64,000 nucleotides of DNA from Utricularia gibba (GCA_002189035.1 NEEC01000014.1:186001-250000); one strand, 5' to 3'. Shown: positions 1 through 13,699, numbered from the stretch's first letter. Translations and numbers: made by a program. Notes: a model not told the origin generated them from the letters alone.

Positions 1-6
1 ATTCAC

Positions 7-1978
7 CTCCTTGCTTCTTCATCTCGCAATTTGGCATCAAGCTCCTTGCTTGGAGAATACTTAGGCAAACTTGAAGGATCACAAGGTAGTGGTCTGGTTG
101 TGAAGAACTGTGAGAGAAACCGTACAATTGATTACAAGACCCTCATCATGAACGCAAACACATCTTAGGTAGATACTAGAAAAATTTTCCAATTGACCCA
201 AAGTCAACAAATAAAAGCTGGAAGTCAAAAAAGTTGGTGAAAACTTCAACCAGTCTTTCTTACCTCGCTATTCAATGCAGCAGCTGCAGAGCCACGATCA
301 GCAGGATCTATAGACAGCAATGTTTCTATGAGTGCTAAAGCCGGTGCTGGGAAGTCTTTATACATCTCAGCAATGTGGCGCTTGTAAGGCTGTTGGGGCT
401 TGAAAATTGTTGCATGAGGCAGCTTTGATTTTCTCCAATAATCCTCGGAAGGTGATCCACAGAGTTTGAAAATTTTGTGCAACTGCTCAACCTACACATG
501 CATCACGTATAAAGATAACGTTCATACAAAAGAAAAATGAAGGCTTTCTTGCTTATCCAGTTTCATACGGAAGAAAACAGAATGGCAATGAACTAGCACC
601 TCATTTGCTTGGATTTAAAATTTTTCCTACCTCCGTTCTTCCAGGCATAATAGGTTTGCCAGCATATAACTCAGCAAGAATGCAGCCTGTGCTCCACAAA
701 TCAACAGCAGTGCTATACTGGGTTGCACCAAGTAAAAGTTCAGGGGGCGGTACCAAAGTGTCACAACACGGCTTGTAAGAGGATGATTCAGATGAGGGTC
801 ATAAAAGCTAGCAAGACCAAAGTCTGCAATTTTCAGGATGCCATTGTTGTCGATTAGAAGATTGGAACCTTTTATGTCACGATGGAGAACACGTCTACTG
901 TGACAATGATCTAGGCCCTCTAAAAGTTGCTTCATGTAACATTTTACCTGGAAACATGGAGACAGTGCGATGTTTTTTAGTTTAGGTGAAGGGATTAATG
1001 TAACCCTTCTCAAATCAACACTGTAATCCAGCTTTTACAGAATCAAAAGAAGATACCTGACTTTCAGTAAACTTGATTGCAGGGTGGGATGCAAGTCCTG
1101 CCAAATCATGTTCCATGTATTCAAAAACTAGATACAGACTACAGGACATTCTTGAAGTAACGAGGCCTTCCAATTTGATTACATTTGGATGGTTGAGTCT
1201 CCGCAAAATGTGAATTTCTCTGGCCATGAAGCGAACACTTTCAGGTTCAAGGTTATCAAACCGTACCTTCTTCAAAGCCACAATCTTCCTTTGATCAAGA
1301 TCTCGGGCACGATAAACATTACTGTAAGTGCCTTGACCAATCTAAACAAAGTAGAAGTAAAACAAGATTAGCAGTAATGTTTAAAAAATACAGATACAGA
1401 ATTTGCAAGAGAAAACGTGCAAAGAAAAAAATTATATTTAGTTGAATATTGAAAAGGCAGAAAAAAATCATGAGACTCACAACTCTTGCAAGTTCCTCAA
1501 AGTAAAAAGACTCATGAGTGCTTCGATTATGGAAAATCAAATGCTAAAGATGACAACGTCACACCTTGTCCAGTTTTTCGAAGGAGTCTGCCCTTCTAGG
1601 CAACCATCCAGCAATAGCTTCACCAGCCACTGCAGCCAACCAAGATGGCCACCCGGCCGCAACCTGTTCCCCTTCAATCGCTTTAGGAATCATAACCACA
1701 CCGGGATGACGCATCCCCAGAGAATACTCAGCCTTTTCTCTCTTCCTGTCCGGATTTTCTCCCAGTAGTTTAACTGAGCCATTGACTTGCTTATCTATTA
1801 GAATTACCCTCCCATTATTGCTGCTACTGTCTAATTGATCCTTCAGACGATAAGTCTCCTCCCTTCTTGAGGAAGCAGCCCTCGACGTCCGCAGTTCAGA
1901 TGCCGCTTTATGCGACACTCTCTCTCTGGGAGAGTTCCTGCTGTCACTGCCAACTGCTTTACCGCAAGCACAACCCAT
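7..1978 (-). CDS. CDK-like Ser/Thr kinase (At1g09600/At1g54610 type), 5' five exons; the gene continues beyond the left edge
   Basis: Exons 1978-1565, 1341-1057, 947-631, 491-264 and 107-7 have GT-AG borders. Motifs: [57 protein letters not shown]. One 1-nt deletion in the G run at 743-747 shifts the frame (RPPELLLG expected). Confidence 0.93.
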
Positions 1979-3503
1979 TCTACCGCACAAATCAACACTC
2001 CAATTTCTCTAAATCCGACCACGCCCTAGTCCATTCCTGCCAAGAATTCATCCAAGAAACAGTCCGCACCTTAATCAGACCAGAAACAACAAAATCCGAG
2101 TACAATTCACAGATCACGCCGGAAAATATCCACGCGATGTAAAAGTGCTCGTTCCCAACCAAAAGCTCAGCACCCCCACTCACGAAAAGTCACAGAAAGT
2201 GCCATTTTCACTCAAAAAGTGCCCATTCCCAGAAGCATAACGTAAAGGGTCTGACGAGCATTACCCTAAGACAGCATTGCGCTGGGACACCACAAGATAG
2301 TACGTTGATAAGGGTGGATCTAGGGCACAGACAGTTCGCCTTGTAGAACCGTGCGACAAAGAAAAGGGCTGAAAGGGAATCCAGTTATTTTCTTTCTCGC
2401 CTCTCTTCCAATATCATTAATGCCAGCAGGTTCAAGTATTTATATTTGTTGAGAAGACGTAGCAGCTTTTTTCATTCAGTTAGCTCTGAGAAGAGACGGT
2501 GGAGCAGCCCCAAAAGCCCAGCTTGTTTTCATCGTTGGAGACATTTAACTCTCAAGAGAGTCTTCCGCCATAACTCCTCTACGCACAAATCCGATCCGTT
2601 GTCAAAAATTCGATCGTTTGACAGCGAGGTTTCGGGGGAACGGGATGCGTTGTCGCTTTACCCAAACCGGACTCCAAACAATTTTCACCGCCCTGATCTT
2701 CCCCCGCATTCGCTCCACCCACTCGAAACAAACGTAAAAATTGCACTTTTCACCAAAAAAGTTAGCGATTGAGCTAAAGTGCTATCATAGAGACGACACT
2801 GCACCTGTTATGTACCAAACCACAGGGAAAGAATATTCAGATCCCACTGTTAAAACGGGGTAGTTGTGTAGCCATTGAATGGTCTCCGCTCTGGAGCCAT
2901 GTGATTTGAAATAAAAATTTGGAATTTTTCTTAGGATTCTTACGACAAGGTGGGTTCCTAATTGGTGTAGATAGAAATGATGTCCAATAGGATGCTAATG
3001 ATTGCGGTAAGATGGATCACTGCATCAGAAGGAGAACTGATTTTGGGAACATGGCCAATGGCCCCAGCTGTAGTTTTGGTTTCAGATAAACATCTCCAAG
3101 AGCAGAAGAGGTCAACATGACCCCATGCTTTGAATCCCCCTGTCTGCTGGGATATTTTCTCTGGGTAGATATTGATTTTTTTAAATGGGGTGTGTTGCTC
3201 TTGAATCTCTCACTGGTTAGTGAAGGAATATTACTGATACACGCTTCGGTCCCTCTCTGTTCCATCAGGATGTGGATCGCCCTCGATTCTTCGATAACCT
3301 TCCGCCATTAGAATCTCTCAATTCTGCGTTTTGGGGGTATTGTGAATTCAGGAGTACGGTTCTTCCCAAGGAAATGTCTATCACTTTGGGTTCATCTTGT
3401 ATCAAGTCTTCCTCTTGATCTCAATTCTCAACTGGGTTCATCTTGAAACCTAAATTGAATTGCGACTGACGCTGTAAGGAACCAACCAATTTTAGCGATT
3501 TCC

Positions 3504-3938
3504 ATGGCTTCCCCTGTTTTCTTCTTGATATGCACTCTCCACTCCGCTGTCGCCGTGACTTGCGGATCGCTTCTGATGTTCTCCAGAGATGAGATTCTAG
3601 TTTTTAGCCATGGGAAAGATCACGCGAGTAAGCTTTTGGGCTCGACTCCGCATGACCAGCTATTGATTCAAACATCTGATTCGTTTTCTGGGTTGCTTTT
3701 ATTTGCTATCGGCTTTCTGTTGTTCATGGTGGCTTTTGTCAAGGACAGGGATTTTCATAGCTTCTTCGCCAGAGGATGTGTTGTTCTCCATATCACAATG
3801 GCGATTTGGAGAATTTACTTTGAGAGAAAGGTTGAAGACCTGGGGTATGATTGGGTGAGGCTCGTGCTGGGGGACATAGTTCTTGGACTTTCTTGGCTAT
3901 TTTTTCTGGTGTATTCATGGAGGGAGAAATATGATTGA
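3504..3938 (+). CDS. Conserved plant small multi-pass membrane protein of unknown function (single exon, 144 aa)
   Basis: Intact ATG-TGA ORF with about four hydrophobic segments. Contains GSTPHDQLLIQTSDSFSGLLLFAIG and a YSWREKYD C-terminus, which I recognise from an uncharacterised plant family. Confidence 0.85.
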   Translation: MASPVFFLICTLHSAVAVTCGSLLMFSRDEILVFSHGKDHASKLLGSTPHDQLLIQTSDSFSGLLLFAIGFLLFMVAFVKDRDFHSFFARGCVVLHITMAIWRIYFERKVEDLGYDWVRLVLGDIVLGLSWLFFLVYSWREKYD

Positions 3939-4522
3939 AACTGGGGAACGCCATGGTTGAACTCGTCCAAGATAATATAATGTCTTCCGCAAAGATGAAA
4001 TTGTACAGCAATAAGCTGCAGGCCCGGTTTGGGTTGATTAAAGAACGGTGTTCCCTTCCTAAAAGTTTCTTCTTTCTGTGGGTGAAGTTGATTCTGGTTA
4101 TTTTCTAGCTGATTTCCGACATGCATATGGGGCGATTGCTCAAAACAGAAGAGACAAAGTATAAGCATCTGTGTCGCGTCCGGCTCTGGTTCTTCTTTTC
4201 CTTCCCAACCTGGTTGACAACGAGAACTTGTTAAACCTTGCCTGCAACTTGTAGCCTGACAAGAAAAGCGAACGCGTTAGGGTTGGGGGCTAGAGGAAAT
4301 GGGAAATGGGCCACCGGAGGTGGAGGCCCAAAGGAGTGGAATCATGTGGGCCCGCGTCATGAATTCGCTTTCAGGAGCATCCGGAGCCACAGAAAAATAA
4401 TGGGTTTGGTTGCTTTACTTTTTTATTCTATTCACAAGAACCAAGCACTGAATCCTCTTCCTCTTCAGGATACTCAGACCGTGATTTTCTAGCTTCCCAC
4501 CCATCCCTTCCTCCTCTACGCC

Positions 4523-5424
4523 ATGGCTGGTGTGCTCGAAACCCTCGTACTCCCCCGCGCCTCGGCTATTTCGTCAGTCGCATTCTCGCCTGTCGCCATC
4601 TCTAGCTCCGTCGGATTTTCCAACTTCGGAGGTCTCAAGATCCGGCCGTCGCTGTCCTTAGCGAAGCCGAGCTCGGGCAAGAGGCGCGGCCGTGGAGATG
4701 GTAGGATTGTCTGCGAGGCTCAGGAAGCTGCTCTAGAAGGTACATGTTTCTTGATAAGGAGGTGGAGTTGAATTTGTTTGTAATTGATTGTGCGATCGAT
4801 TCTGTTAATAGATGATTGCTGAAACACATCTTACTAAGAGCGGAATTTTTGGAATTCTTGGTGGATTTGCTCTAGTTTTTTGTATTTTGGGTCATGGAAT
4901 CAGATTTCACACTCCGTGTCCACAATTGTTAGTGGTGGACACGAGAAATTGTTTGGCGGTGTTTCATCAGAATTCATTGGACCTGTACGATGTCTTTCTT
5001 TATCTGAGGCGTTCTTTATGGTGTTTCTTTGTGTTGATTCTTTGTGTTGATTCTTCAGTTCATCAGTATCAACGACACACTTCATTTGTTTCTTGAATTC
5101 TGCGTTCCAGTGGCTGCTGTTACTGATTCAACTTGGGAATCTCTTGTCCTCAAGTCCGATTCACCCGTTTTGGTTGAGTTTTGGGCGCCCTGGTGTGGCC
5201 CTTGCCGCGTTATTCATCCCGTCATTGATAAACTGGCTAAGCAGTATGCTGGTAAGCTCAAATGTTTCAAAGTCAATACTGATGAAAGCCCTTCTATTGC
5301 GACGCAGTATGGAATCCGGAGTATTCCGACTGTGATCATCTTCAAGAATGGAGAGAAGAAAGATGCTGTTATTGGTGCAGTTCCTGAGTCTACGTTAACA
5401 ACCTCCATCGAGAAGTTCTTGTAG
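4523..5424 (+). CDS. TRX-m: Chloroplast thioredoxin m-type
   Basis: Exon 1 (4523-4739) encodes a Ser-rich transit peptide and exon 2 spans 5111-5424; the phase-1 GT-AG intron splices in frame. Active site [10 protein letters not shown], plus YGIRSIPTV and the m-type CEAQE junction. Confidence 0.95.
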
Positions 5425-5954
5425 AAGCTGCAACTTGTTCATACTGCTACTCTCCTTCCCTTTTACATTTTACCAAACCGCATGTAATGTATGGTCACCT
5501 AAGGTATTCTAAATTCGTTGCCTGCCAAATTTCGTTCTCCTTCCATTTTTTTCCTGATTTCAGGTCATCTATGGCAGTTCACCCGACGATTCTAGGTTTA
5601 TGCTCCAGTTTTAGGTTGAATGTATAGGAGCCATTCTCGAACAACTGGTTGCGTTCGTTTGCAACAACCATGGCAACACTTCTGAAGAACAAGATAATAC
5701 CGCATAACGTCTGTGCACTTATGATGTTGAATGGTGATCAACAGAGCAGCAGGAAAACTGGAGGTCGAATCAGCGAGCACAGAGTAGAGTGCAACCTCAA
5801 GACATGAACATTTATTCATGTGTATTCGTATCACCAACACACAACCAGGTGAAGTCAAGATGATGCTGATACAGTCGAAACACAAGCAAAAACTGAGCAT
5901 CCTGACGCCGCGCCGCAACATGTGTACTTCTGGATCGAAACCGGGAAGGGAGGC

Positions 5955-6876
5955 TCACCGATAAGCAGCCATACCAACCCCAGGTTCTCTGCCAAATGCG
6001 GTGGTGCCTTCCTTGGCCTTCGAGTAGCTCAAGTAATAAGCCTTGGAAGTTATGCTGGTGAACACCACGAACGCTGCCCCAGCTGCGAAGACCCCTTCCT
6101 CACTGTTTGGCAAGACGGGGGTTCTCGAAAAACATGGTTGAGTACCGAGTGTGATAGGCATTCCTAACCGATCCAGCCAGCAAACAGATCTCGGCAATGA
6201 GGAAAGTTACCCTGCAGATAAAAATGTTTGATGAAGTCATCAATTGTCAGTGAAGCATATTGAAGGAGGCGGCTACCAGCAAATGATGAAAAGAAGAAGA
6301 GCACAAGCCCTCGAGCCTCCAGCCCTTAGAGGAGATCCACAACAGAAGCACTTGCTTGCCAGCATTATGATTGCTTGGCTGGCCAGGAGGAAAAGAAGTG
6401 CGCCAACACCGTAACCTGTCGCAATGTCTGAATCATACACACAATGGTTGTAGTTTCCTTCACTATCCTTCACCGATGTTCCCTGTCAAGCGACAAGTCG
6501 CATAGATGATCTGAAGCAAATGAATGGAAAAAGGATTCCCAAATGCAGGTTCAGATCATTTTCATCTTATAATCATGCAGCTGACTCCAGTTTGTAGTGG
6601 GAACTCAAACCAATCTAGAAAATGCAGGGCATAACCGTATTTAGAAATGTCCGTTCCTCCCAGAAAGTCTGGGAAATCGGGATTGCCGTAACCTACTAAA
6701 AGCAGAATTTATACTTCACCGACAATCGAACACTTCTCCACAGCCAAAAGAAGCGCGAAAAAAGGGAGGGGGAACTCCGAACTTACAGTGCTTCTTCTCT
6801 GCTCGGCGGCGACGGCCAGTCCAAAGGCGATAAGATCGAGAACGGAGACCGCAACTAACAGGAGCTTGGACACCAT
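5955..6876 (-). CDS. DUF1218 family membrane protein (Fb34-like)
   Basis: Exons 6876-6787, 6482-6277 and 6211-5955. Motifs: IAFGLAVAAEQRRS, YCVYDSD-like NHCVYDSDIATGYG, CFCCG, RNAYHT, RKGVFAAGAAF. A 1-nt deletion in the G run at 6117-6121 shifts the frame (NPPSCQTVRKG expected). Confidence 0.9.
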
Positions 6877-7586
6877 CGCAAGAAAAACGGCGGATCTGGA
6901 TCTGGTACCACTCAAGTTGAGTCGTCAATGTAACTAACTGCTCCCCTCTGGTAACCGAGATTCTTCTTTGGAGTTGGAGTAAATGAAGAGCCACAAATGC
7001 AACCAATGCTGTTGGTTAGTCAGTTAGGTGGATTTGCGTTTGCGCGCGTGAAGGAGAAGCACAGAGACTGTGACACCTCAGCTCCCCCTACCAAACCCCT
7101 CCAACCGGAGCAGATCCCGATCTTTCATGGGGCACCCACATATTCCCTTCTTGGGCTGGGCTCAATCTCAACTAGGCCCAAAACTTATCTAAGCCCAAGA
7201 ATGCAAAATATTAATTCATTACCATGCATTATCTTTACAAATCTGGGGAAAATAATGAAGATACATTATACGTTGTTCGGATAGATTTATATAATGCATC
7301 TGGTGGATATGTGACAAGTGTGTAGGGCAAGGGTTGGGGGCTTGTGAGCGATGAATGCTGTTGAGGGAAAATGAGCCGTGGCCTGGCTTGGCTTGTTGTC
7401 AGTTGTCAGGAGTAGCCAGACTTGTTGATTTCCCGAACTGCACACGCACGCGGAGTTGGGATTCAGAATTCAATTCCTTATTTAAGGCGCAGAGCTGACG
7501 CTTGGGAAATTAGGGAGTTTACGTAACCGAGGAAGCGGTGCTGTTTTCCGTATCTACCTGGATCTTTCTGCTCCCGCGACGGGTTC

Positions 7587-9933
7587 ATGGCGCCGCCGGT
7601 GGATGCGGAAGTCGGATCCCTGCCCACGCTTTTCTCCAACGTCGACGTGCCCGTTACGCTCAGGGTTGGTATCGCGATTTACTCGATTCTAGTGTTTCAT
7701 CCATTCGATTCAGGATCATTCTCGTTCAAGATTTGTGGATTTCTGTTTCGCAGTTCGAGGAGGTCGTGTACAGGATCAAGAAAACTGTGAAATCGGATGC
7801 CAAAACTATTTTGAACGGCGTCACTGGTGCGGTTTTCCCTGGCGAAATGCTGGCGATGCTCGGCCCCTCCGGCAGCGGAAAAACCACGTTACTGACGGCG
7901 CTGGGCGGCAGATTAAACACCGGTTCCATCTCCGGCGCCGTAACCTACAACGGCAAGCCCTTTTCCAACGGAATGAAGCGCAATACAGGTTGGGCTACAC
8001 TTTTTTTTTAATTATTTTTCGGATTCTTAACCGCTCACGCACATTACACACACTCGATGTGTTGTTACGTGATATTTCTCCCATTCGATTCGAGTACAAC
8101 ATTCTTTTTTGATTATGCATTTTTTACGACTTTAATTATTATTATTAAATTGACCCTAATCCGTCTGGCAGGTTTTGTTACACAAGACGATGTTCTTTAT
8201 CCCCATCTCACTGTAACCGAAACGCTAGTCTACACGGCGTTGCTCCGGCTACCGTCGACTCTGTCGGCATCGGAAAAGATCCAACAAGCCGAGAACGTGA
8301 TCGCCCAATTGGGTTTATCGAGATGCCGGAACAGCATCATCGGTGGCCATTTCCTGCGTGGAGTCTCCGGAGGGGAGCGGAAGCGGGTCAGCATCGGGCA
8401 AGAAGTGCTGATCAATCCGAGTTTGCTGTTTCTCGACGAACCCACATCGGGGCTCGATTCGACTACGGCGCAGAGAATAGTGTTGACGTTGAGGGAGCTT
8501 GCCGATGGGGGAAGGACGATCGTGATGACGGTGCATCAGCCGTCGAGCAGGCTTTTCTACATGTTCCATAAGGTGCTTTTGCTATGCGAAGGGAATCCAC
8601 TGTATTTTGGCAATGCATCAGCGTCGTTGGATTACTTCGCCAGCGTTGGATTCTCACTGACGGTTGCGATGAATCCTGCCGATTTCCTGTTGGATCTCGC
8701 CAACGGTATCCATCTGTTCATTTCTTTAATTTAATTTAATTTTTTAACTTTTCCAGTATCTGGAATATTAAAAAAGGCATTTGATAAGTACCCCGCCTAA
8801 CCCTAAAATTAACAGGATCTCCTGTTGGTACAGGTTCCTGCACAGGTGATTCTTTGGAAGATCAAGCTTTAGTGAAGCAAACCCTTATCTCTTCATACAG
8901 GCAGAACCTGTTGGATAGCATAAGGGGAGAGCTGGCCGTCCACAGTCATCTCGTTTTCCCTGCCAACGACAAGAGGTTTAAGCGATGGTCCAACTCCTGG
9001 TGGCAGCAGTTTTCCGTATTGTTTCGCCGTGGAATAAAGGAGCGAAAGCACGAATCGTTCGCCGGCCTGAAAATCTTCCAAGTCCTTTTGGTAGCCGTCC
9101 TCTCCGGTCTTCTCTGGTTCCAATCTCACAGCATACAGGACAAAGTACATCTCCCAACTACATACATATTTCAAATTCATTTATGCACTTGGATCAGTCG
9201 TTTTTTTTTTTTTTTTGAATTCATATTTTACTACTATCAAGGGTTTAATTCATTGAGCCTCTTTTTTCAGGTAGGGCTTCTGTTTTTCACGTCAGGCTTT
9301 TGGAGTTTCTACCCCCTATTTCAAGCTATCTTCACCTTCCCCAAAGAACGAATGATGCTAGAGAAGGAACGTTCTTCGGGAATGTACCGGTTGTCCTCGT
9401 ACTTCGCAGCACTGACACTGGGAGACATGCCGATGGAACTGGTTCTCCCCACAGCCTTCTTCACCATAATCTACTGGATGGCGGGTCTCAAACCCACTCC
9501 GGTCGCCTTCATCTCAGGCCTGTGCGCTCTTCTCTACAGCGTCCTGGTCTCACAGGGCCTTGGCCTCGCCATCGGAGCCGTCATCATGGATGAGAAATCA
9601 GCTACAATTCTGGGGTCCGTCATCGTGCTCACGTTCCTGCTGGCCAGCGGGTACTATGTACAACACGTCCCCGGCTTCATTGCATGGATTAAGTACATTT
9701 CTTTGACGCAATACACGTTCAAGGTTTTATTGCTATCACAATACACGCACGACGAGACGTATCTATGCGGCAACGCCGGAGGTGGAGTTTGCCGAGTCGG
9801 AGACTTGGCGGTGGTGAAGGCCGTGGGGCTGGACGGGTTGGTGGTTTCGATCGTTGCTTTGGCCGTGATGCTCATCGCGTACCGGCTCGTAGCGTATTTG
9901 GCTCTAATGAGACTTGGGGTGACGAGGAAATAG
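7587..9933 (+). CDS. ABCG9: ABCG half-size transporter, ABCG9-like
   Basis: Exons 7587-7664, 7754-7988, 8172-8705, 8816-9144 and 9271-9933 splice in frame. Walker A GPSGSGKT, signature VSGGERKR, Walker B LFLDE, C-terminal TM domain. LFLDEP and SSRLFYMF match ABCG9 better than ABCG14/21 (from recall). Confidence 0.93.
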
Positions 9934-10152
9934 TGGCTATCAAGAATCAAGACTTGTTTTTTTTTTTTTGTTTTTTTTTCTTTCAATAGTTCTTATTTCC
10001 TATCAATTATTTCAACATGTTGTATCCATCCATATATTATTGGTGTTGAACTCGGGCCGTCACTGTAAAAGACTGACCGAAATATCCACCGACTTCACCA
10101 ATCAACAGATAAGGATGAAGAGATTCCCGGAATCTATGTACCCCCATAATGG

Positions 10153-10677
10153 TGTTGACAGCTGATGAAGAAATAGAAATAGATTCCGCTTCGAATCTAC
10201 AGGTAGAGGAATTGCTCGAAGAGGAAGAACAGAGGACGCTGACGCGAGTTTCTGAGACTCCAGTCAAGGGGAAGAACGGGGACTCTGCTGGATTTAGTCT
10301 GCTGGTGCTGGGCTCATGCCAGTTCAAGTCTCCCAGCAAGAGGTCCGTCCAAGGTGAAGGCCCAACTCAAGATGACTGGCCCAAATGTGTGGAAAGCAAA
10401 TAGAAGAATAAAGATTGCGTGTTACAGCCGATGCGAAATGAGGAGTTCAAGATCTACATAAATGCTGAGCTCCTCCAAGGCAACGTTCATCTCCCAACGG
10501 ACGGAATTATGAAACTATATATAGATCAACTGCTAAAAGATTAAGAGAGTTAGCTTTTAGTCTTCAACATCCAAGAAAATGTCTCTCTATGTGAAGACTT
10601 GAAGTTTTGTATACACTAATCTTTACGCCTTCCTTTTTCTGCATTCTGATCCCACCAGATTTCTGATTTCACTAACA
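10153..10677 (+). mobile_element. Solo LTR (525 bp)
   Basis: Termini TGTTG...TAACA flanked by a perfect 5-bp TSD AATGG (10148-10152 and 10678-10682). Internal GGCCCA motifs and a TATA-like CTATATATAG. Confidence 0.85.
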
Positions 10678-10938
10678 AATGGCTTTTATAACCAATGTTA
10701 ATCAGAAGAGTAACATGCAATCCCCAAGTAATATGGGGGATTGCAATAGAAAAAAAATTTACAGTGAATACATTTTGGTTTTGGGATTTTTATATGAATA
10801 TCCAGGCAATTAAAAAGAAAAAATATGGCATGTCGCATCACGTCCGATTATTTACCTTCGCATGGTTTGTGATCAAAAGCCAAACCAACTGAGGTTTAAG
10901 AATAAGCATATCGATGTCTTTAGCGATAGACAGCATTT

Positions 10939-11548
10939 TGTTAGAGTGTTTAGATGATCGCATAACTATGTGTGGAAAAAAGGATATAGAACCGTTTCGG
11001 CCATTCAAAGAGCTGGAATTCAAGTACCGAAGAGGTTTACCCATCGGGGGAAACTCTGATAGTAGTATGTATCAGTGTGGGAGGCTTTGTATGACAGATA
11101 TGAGAAGTGGATGTAGCGAGACTTTGATAATAAGTATTCCTCTTTGAAGGAAGAAACAAAAGATTACTAAGTTATGCACAAATACACATATTTATAGTTC
11201 TCTAGTAACGGTCGCCTACTTCTAGGGGACTAGCCGTTGCTCAGTTGGAGGTTCAACAGCAATGACATCAGCATGTTGGGCCATATCTGTATGTTGGGCC
11301 GTTTTCCTGAAGTGGATGAGTTGATGGATCCGTGTTGGTGGCCCATTTCCTAAGCTTGCTATCCAGTATAATCAGCCCGAGTTGCTGACAGGCCTTCTTC
11401 TTCTTCCTCCTGTTATCTCTCGACGCACTCCTATTTTCCCGGTCTGGGTCTTCCACATTTCTCATAGTTTGCTGCTGTTTTGTCTCATGTTTGTCCTCAC
11501 TCGCCATCAAACTCACTATTGACGCCTCTCAATGCTAGAGAGACAACA
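10939..11548 (-). mobile_element. Possible degenerate solo LTR
   Basis: TGTTAG...ACAACA termini, reverse CTATAAATA, and TGGGCC/AACGGCTAG motifs typical of LTRs. The flanks (CATTT/CTTGG) do not form a TSD. Confidence 0.35.
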
Positions 11549-11845
11549 CTTGGGAATCCATAGCCATAGAACTAGAGAGGCAAGCCAGAGCCATAGCTTA
11601 CCTGAGGGTCAACACAATTCCATTGGTAAACCTTCAAACCGAATTTCTCATCATGATTTGGAGGTGTTTATCCAGATTCTACAATCAGGTTTCCGAGATT
11701 TTTGATAGCAACTAGCAAGGTTATATGGATGCAGAAATCACAATTTTTTGTATCGTTCAATTTGATGACGAAATTTTAAGTACAAGGCAAGAGGTAACAG
11801 CATGCATTATTGAAACTTAGAATGGAAAAGAGAGACAAAATGATT

Positions 11846-13442
11846 CTACGGTGCATCGTTAACGAGCTGCAATCCTCCCCAACCTTGTACCCCATCGAGG
11901 CACTGTCTAGTATGAGGTCCCGTGGTGTCCGTATTTGTCCCTTTTCTCGCCTTACAATCGTAGTATGGTGGTACATGATAACATGGGTCAATCGACTGAA
12001 CTCGACGACATGGATGGTAATGGCCTGTCTGATTCTTAGACAGGAAGATCATCCGTGATTGTAACCCGCCTAAACCTTGAGCTGCGTACCCAAAAGTTGA
12101 TGATTGGCTTGTAAGCAACTCGTCGCTTAAACCAAGCAAATATATTTCCGCTAAGGCTTTTTTATCATGCTCTAGGTTTTCAAGAAGTTGGTGCTCTTCA
12201 AAGCTTGGTTGATGAACTGCAACCATTTCTCCTGTCACAGTAGCATGCGCCCAATACATCTTCCTCATTTGTTCGAAGTAGTCACGATACAACGATGCCA
12301 ATAGTACAACAATTTTCTTCCTTTTGGGTACGGATCTGGTCAAATTTCCATGGTCGTGCTGATAAACTGATGGAAGTAAACCCTCATTCGCGGTGCATGA
12401 GAGAATTAGATTGAAAACGTCTTCGACTGGGGGTGATAGAAAGTATTAGTTCGAATTTGGATCCCCAATTGAAAGTCAGCATCAGATAAATAAGTATCAT
12501 AGAATCTTCTGACAAACCCCCAAACTACATCTCCAGGACTGAATAAATATCGAGCTAAATGATAAAAAACTGTTTCCTTATCCTGAAATAAGTTATCCAG
12601 CTTTTTTTGGAAGGACATCATGGAGAACAAGGAGGAGCAAAATATTGATTTGACCGTAATATCAACCATGGAACATCTTGAATATATGAGTGGTCTTCGT
12701 CACAGTAAAAAAGTTTATCAAAACTGTCATACGCATTATCCAAATGGACGTATACATAGGAGTAAGGCAATAAACCACTTGAATTATCTAATAAATTTTT
12801 TCTCAACAATTGACCAAAACTTTCGTTGGATTCCCTATGAAAACTTTGAAGTTTATCATTTAGTGGGAAATCCGAAGGAAGCAACCAGGAACTTTTAGGG
12901 AAGGGTTCACAAAAGAGAGAATAAACCGCTTTATTCTGAATCAGAAGAACTCTGTCAGTGAGAATAGCATATAAGAATGTAGAGGCAAGAGTAATGATTC
13001 TATTGCCCATGCCGTCATTCGTTTCAATCCATATGACATATTTGCATTCAGATGTCACTAGGGACATGCTACTTCTGAGGGCATCTACTGTCATGTTGTA
13101 CAAATGTGTATGTGGGCCGCAGATTTTGTGTAAATTCTCGTAACTTCTTAACTTGGAAATGAGATCTGCAGAAGGCTTTCTTATTACTGGATGTTTATGC
13201 AAGAGAGAATCATACCTACTAGGACAAGAACCTCCATCAAATCCACTTGGAAAAAGCTCATCATCAAGTTGCGTGGAGGAATCAATAGCTTGATTAAGCG
13301 TATACTGCCACGCACTCCATCTTGATGATTTGAAAGCGGAGAGCAAGTACAGTATCCCCATCCCAAATAAGACAAAGATGGCCACCAATTTAAGAGGAGG
13401 CAACCAAGGTTTCTTCAATGAATTACTGAAATGTGTTTCCAT
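11846..13442 (-). CDS. GT37 xyloglucan/AGP alpha-1,2-fucosyltransferase (FUT family), single exon, with two 1-nt frameshifts
   Basis: Type II TM N-terminus and motifs SKLRSYENLHKICGP, CKYVIW, GMGNRIITLAS, LFCEPFP, RSNQYFAP, GIQIR, EIYLLGLSD, STFGYAAQGLGGL, PCYHVPPYYDCKA. Repairing 1-nt deletions at ~12633 and in the G run 12429-12433 gives a full-length protein of ~530 aa. Confidence 0.9.
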
Positions 13443-13699
13443 GATTACGTGGCACAAAGTAGATTGATATCTACAATGATCCTTATGCCATTACAAGCAT
13501 GAATGGCATGGAGGGAGCACTGTTTTGGTGATCCAAATGAAACGTGTGCGTCTATGTGCTTTAAAAAGTTGGAAAGCCAGACATATTTATACGCAACACC
13601 TGAGCTTCTTCTACAGAATTCCTGCAAATATATTAATTGTAAGGAAATGCCTAAGCAATAATAATAAAAAAAAAGCGTTGAAAAATTTGAGCATATTTT

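Noticed and set aside
2446-3311. ORFs of 64-108 aa between the kinase and the membrane-protein gene
   Set aside because: No recognisable motifs or consistent splice structure; likely chance ORFs in promoter/UTR DNA.
5598-5921. 107-aa Cys-rich ORF
   Set aside because: It lies in the 3'UTR region between convergent genes and has no signal peptide or family motif.
9145-9270. ABCG ORF reading through intron 4 (apparent 359-aa ORF)
   Set aside because: A 126-nt stop-free intron with good GT-AG sites and a poly-T tract; there is no evidence of functional retention.
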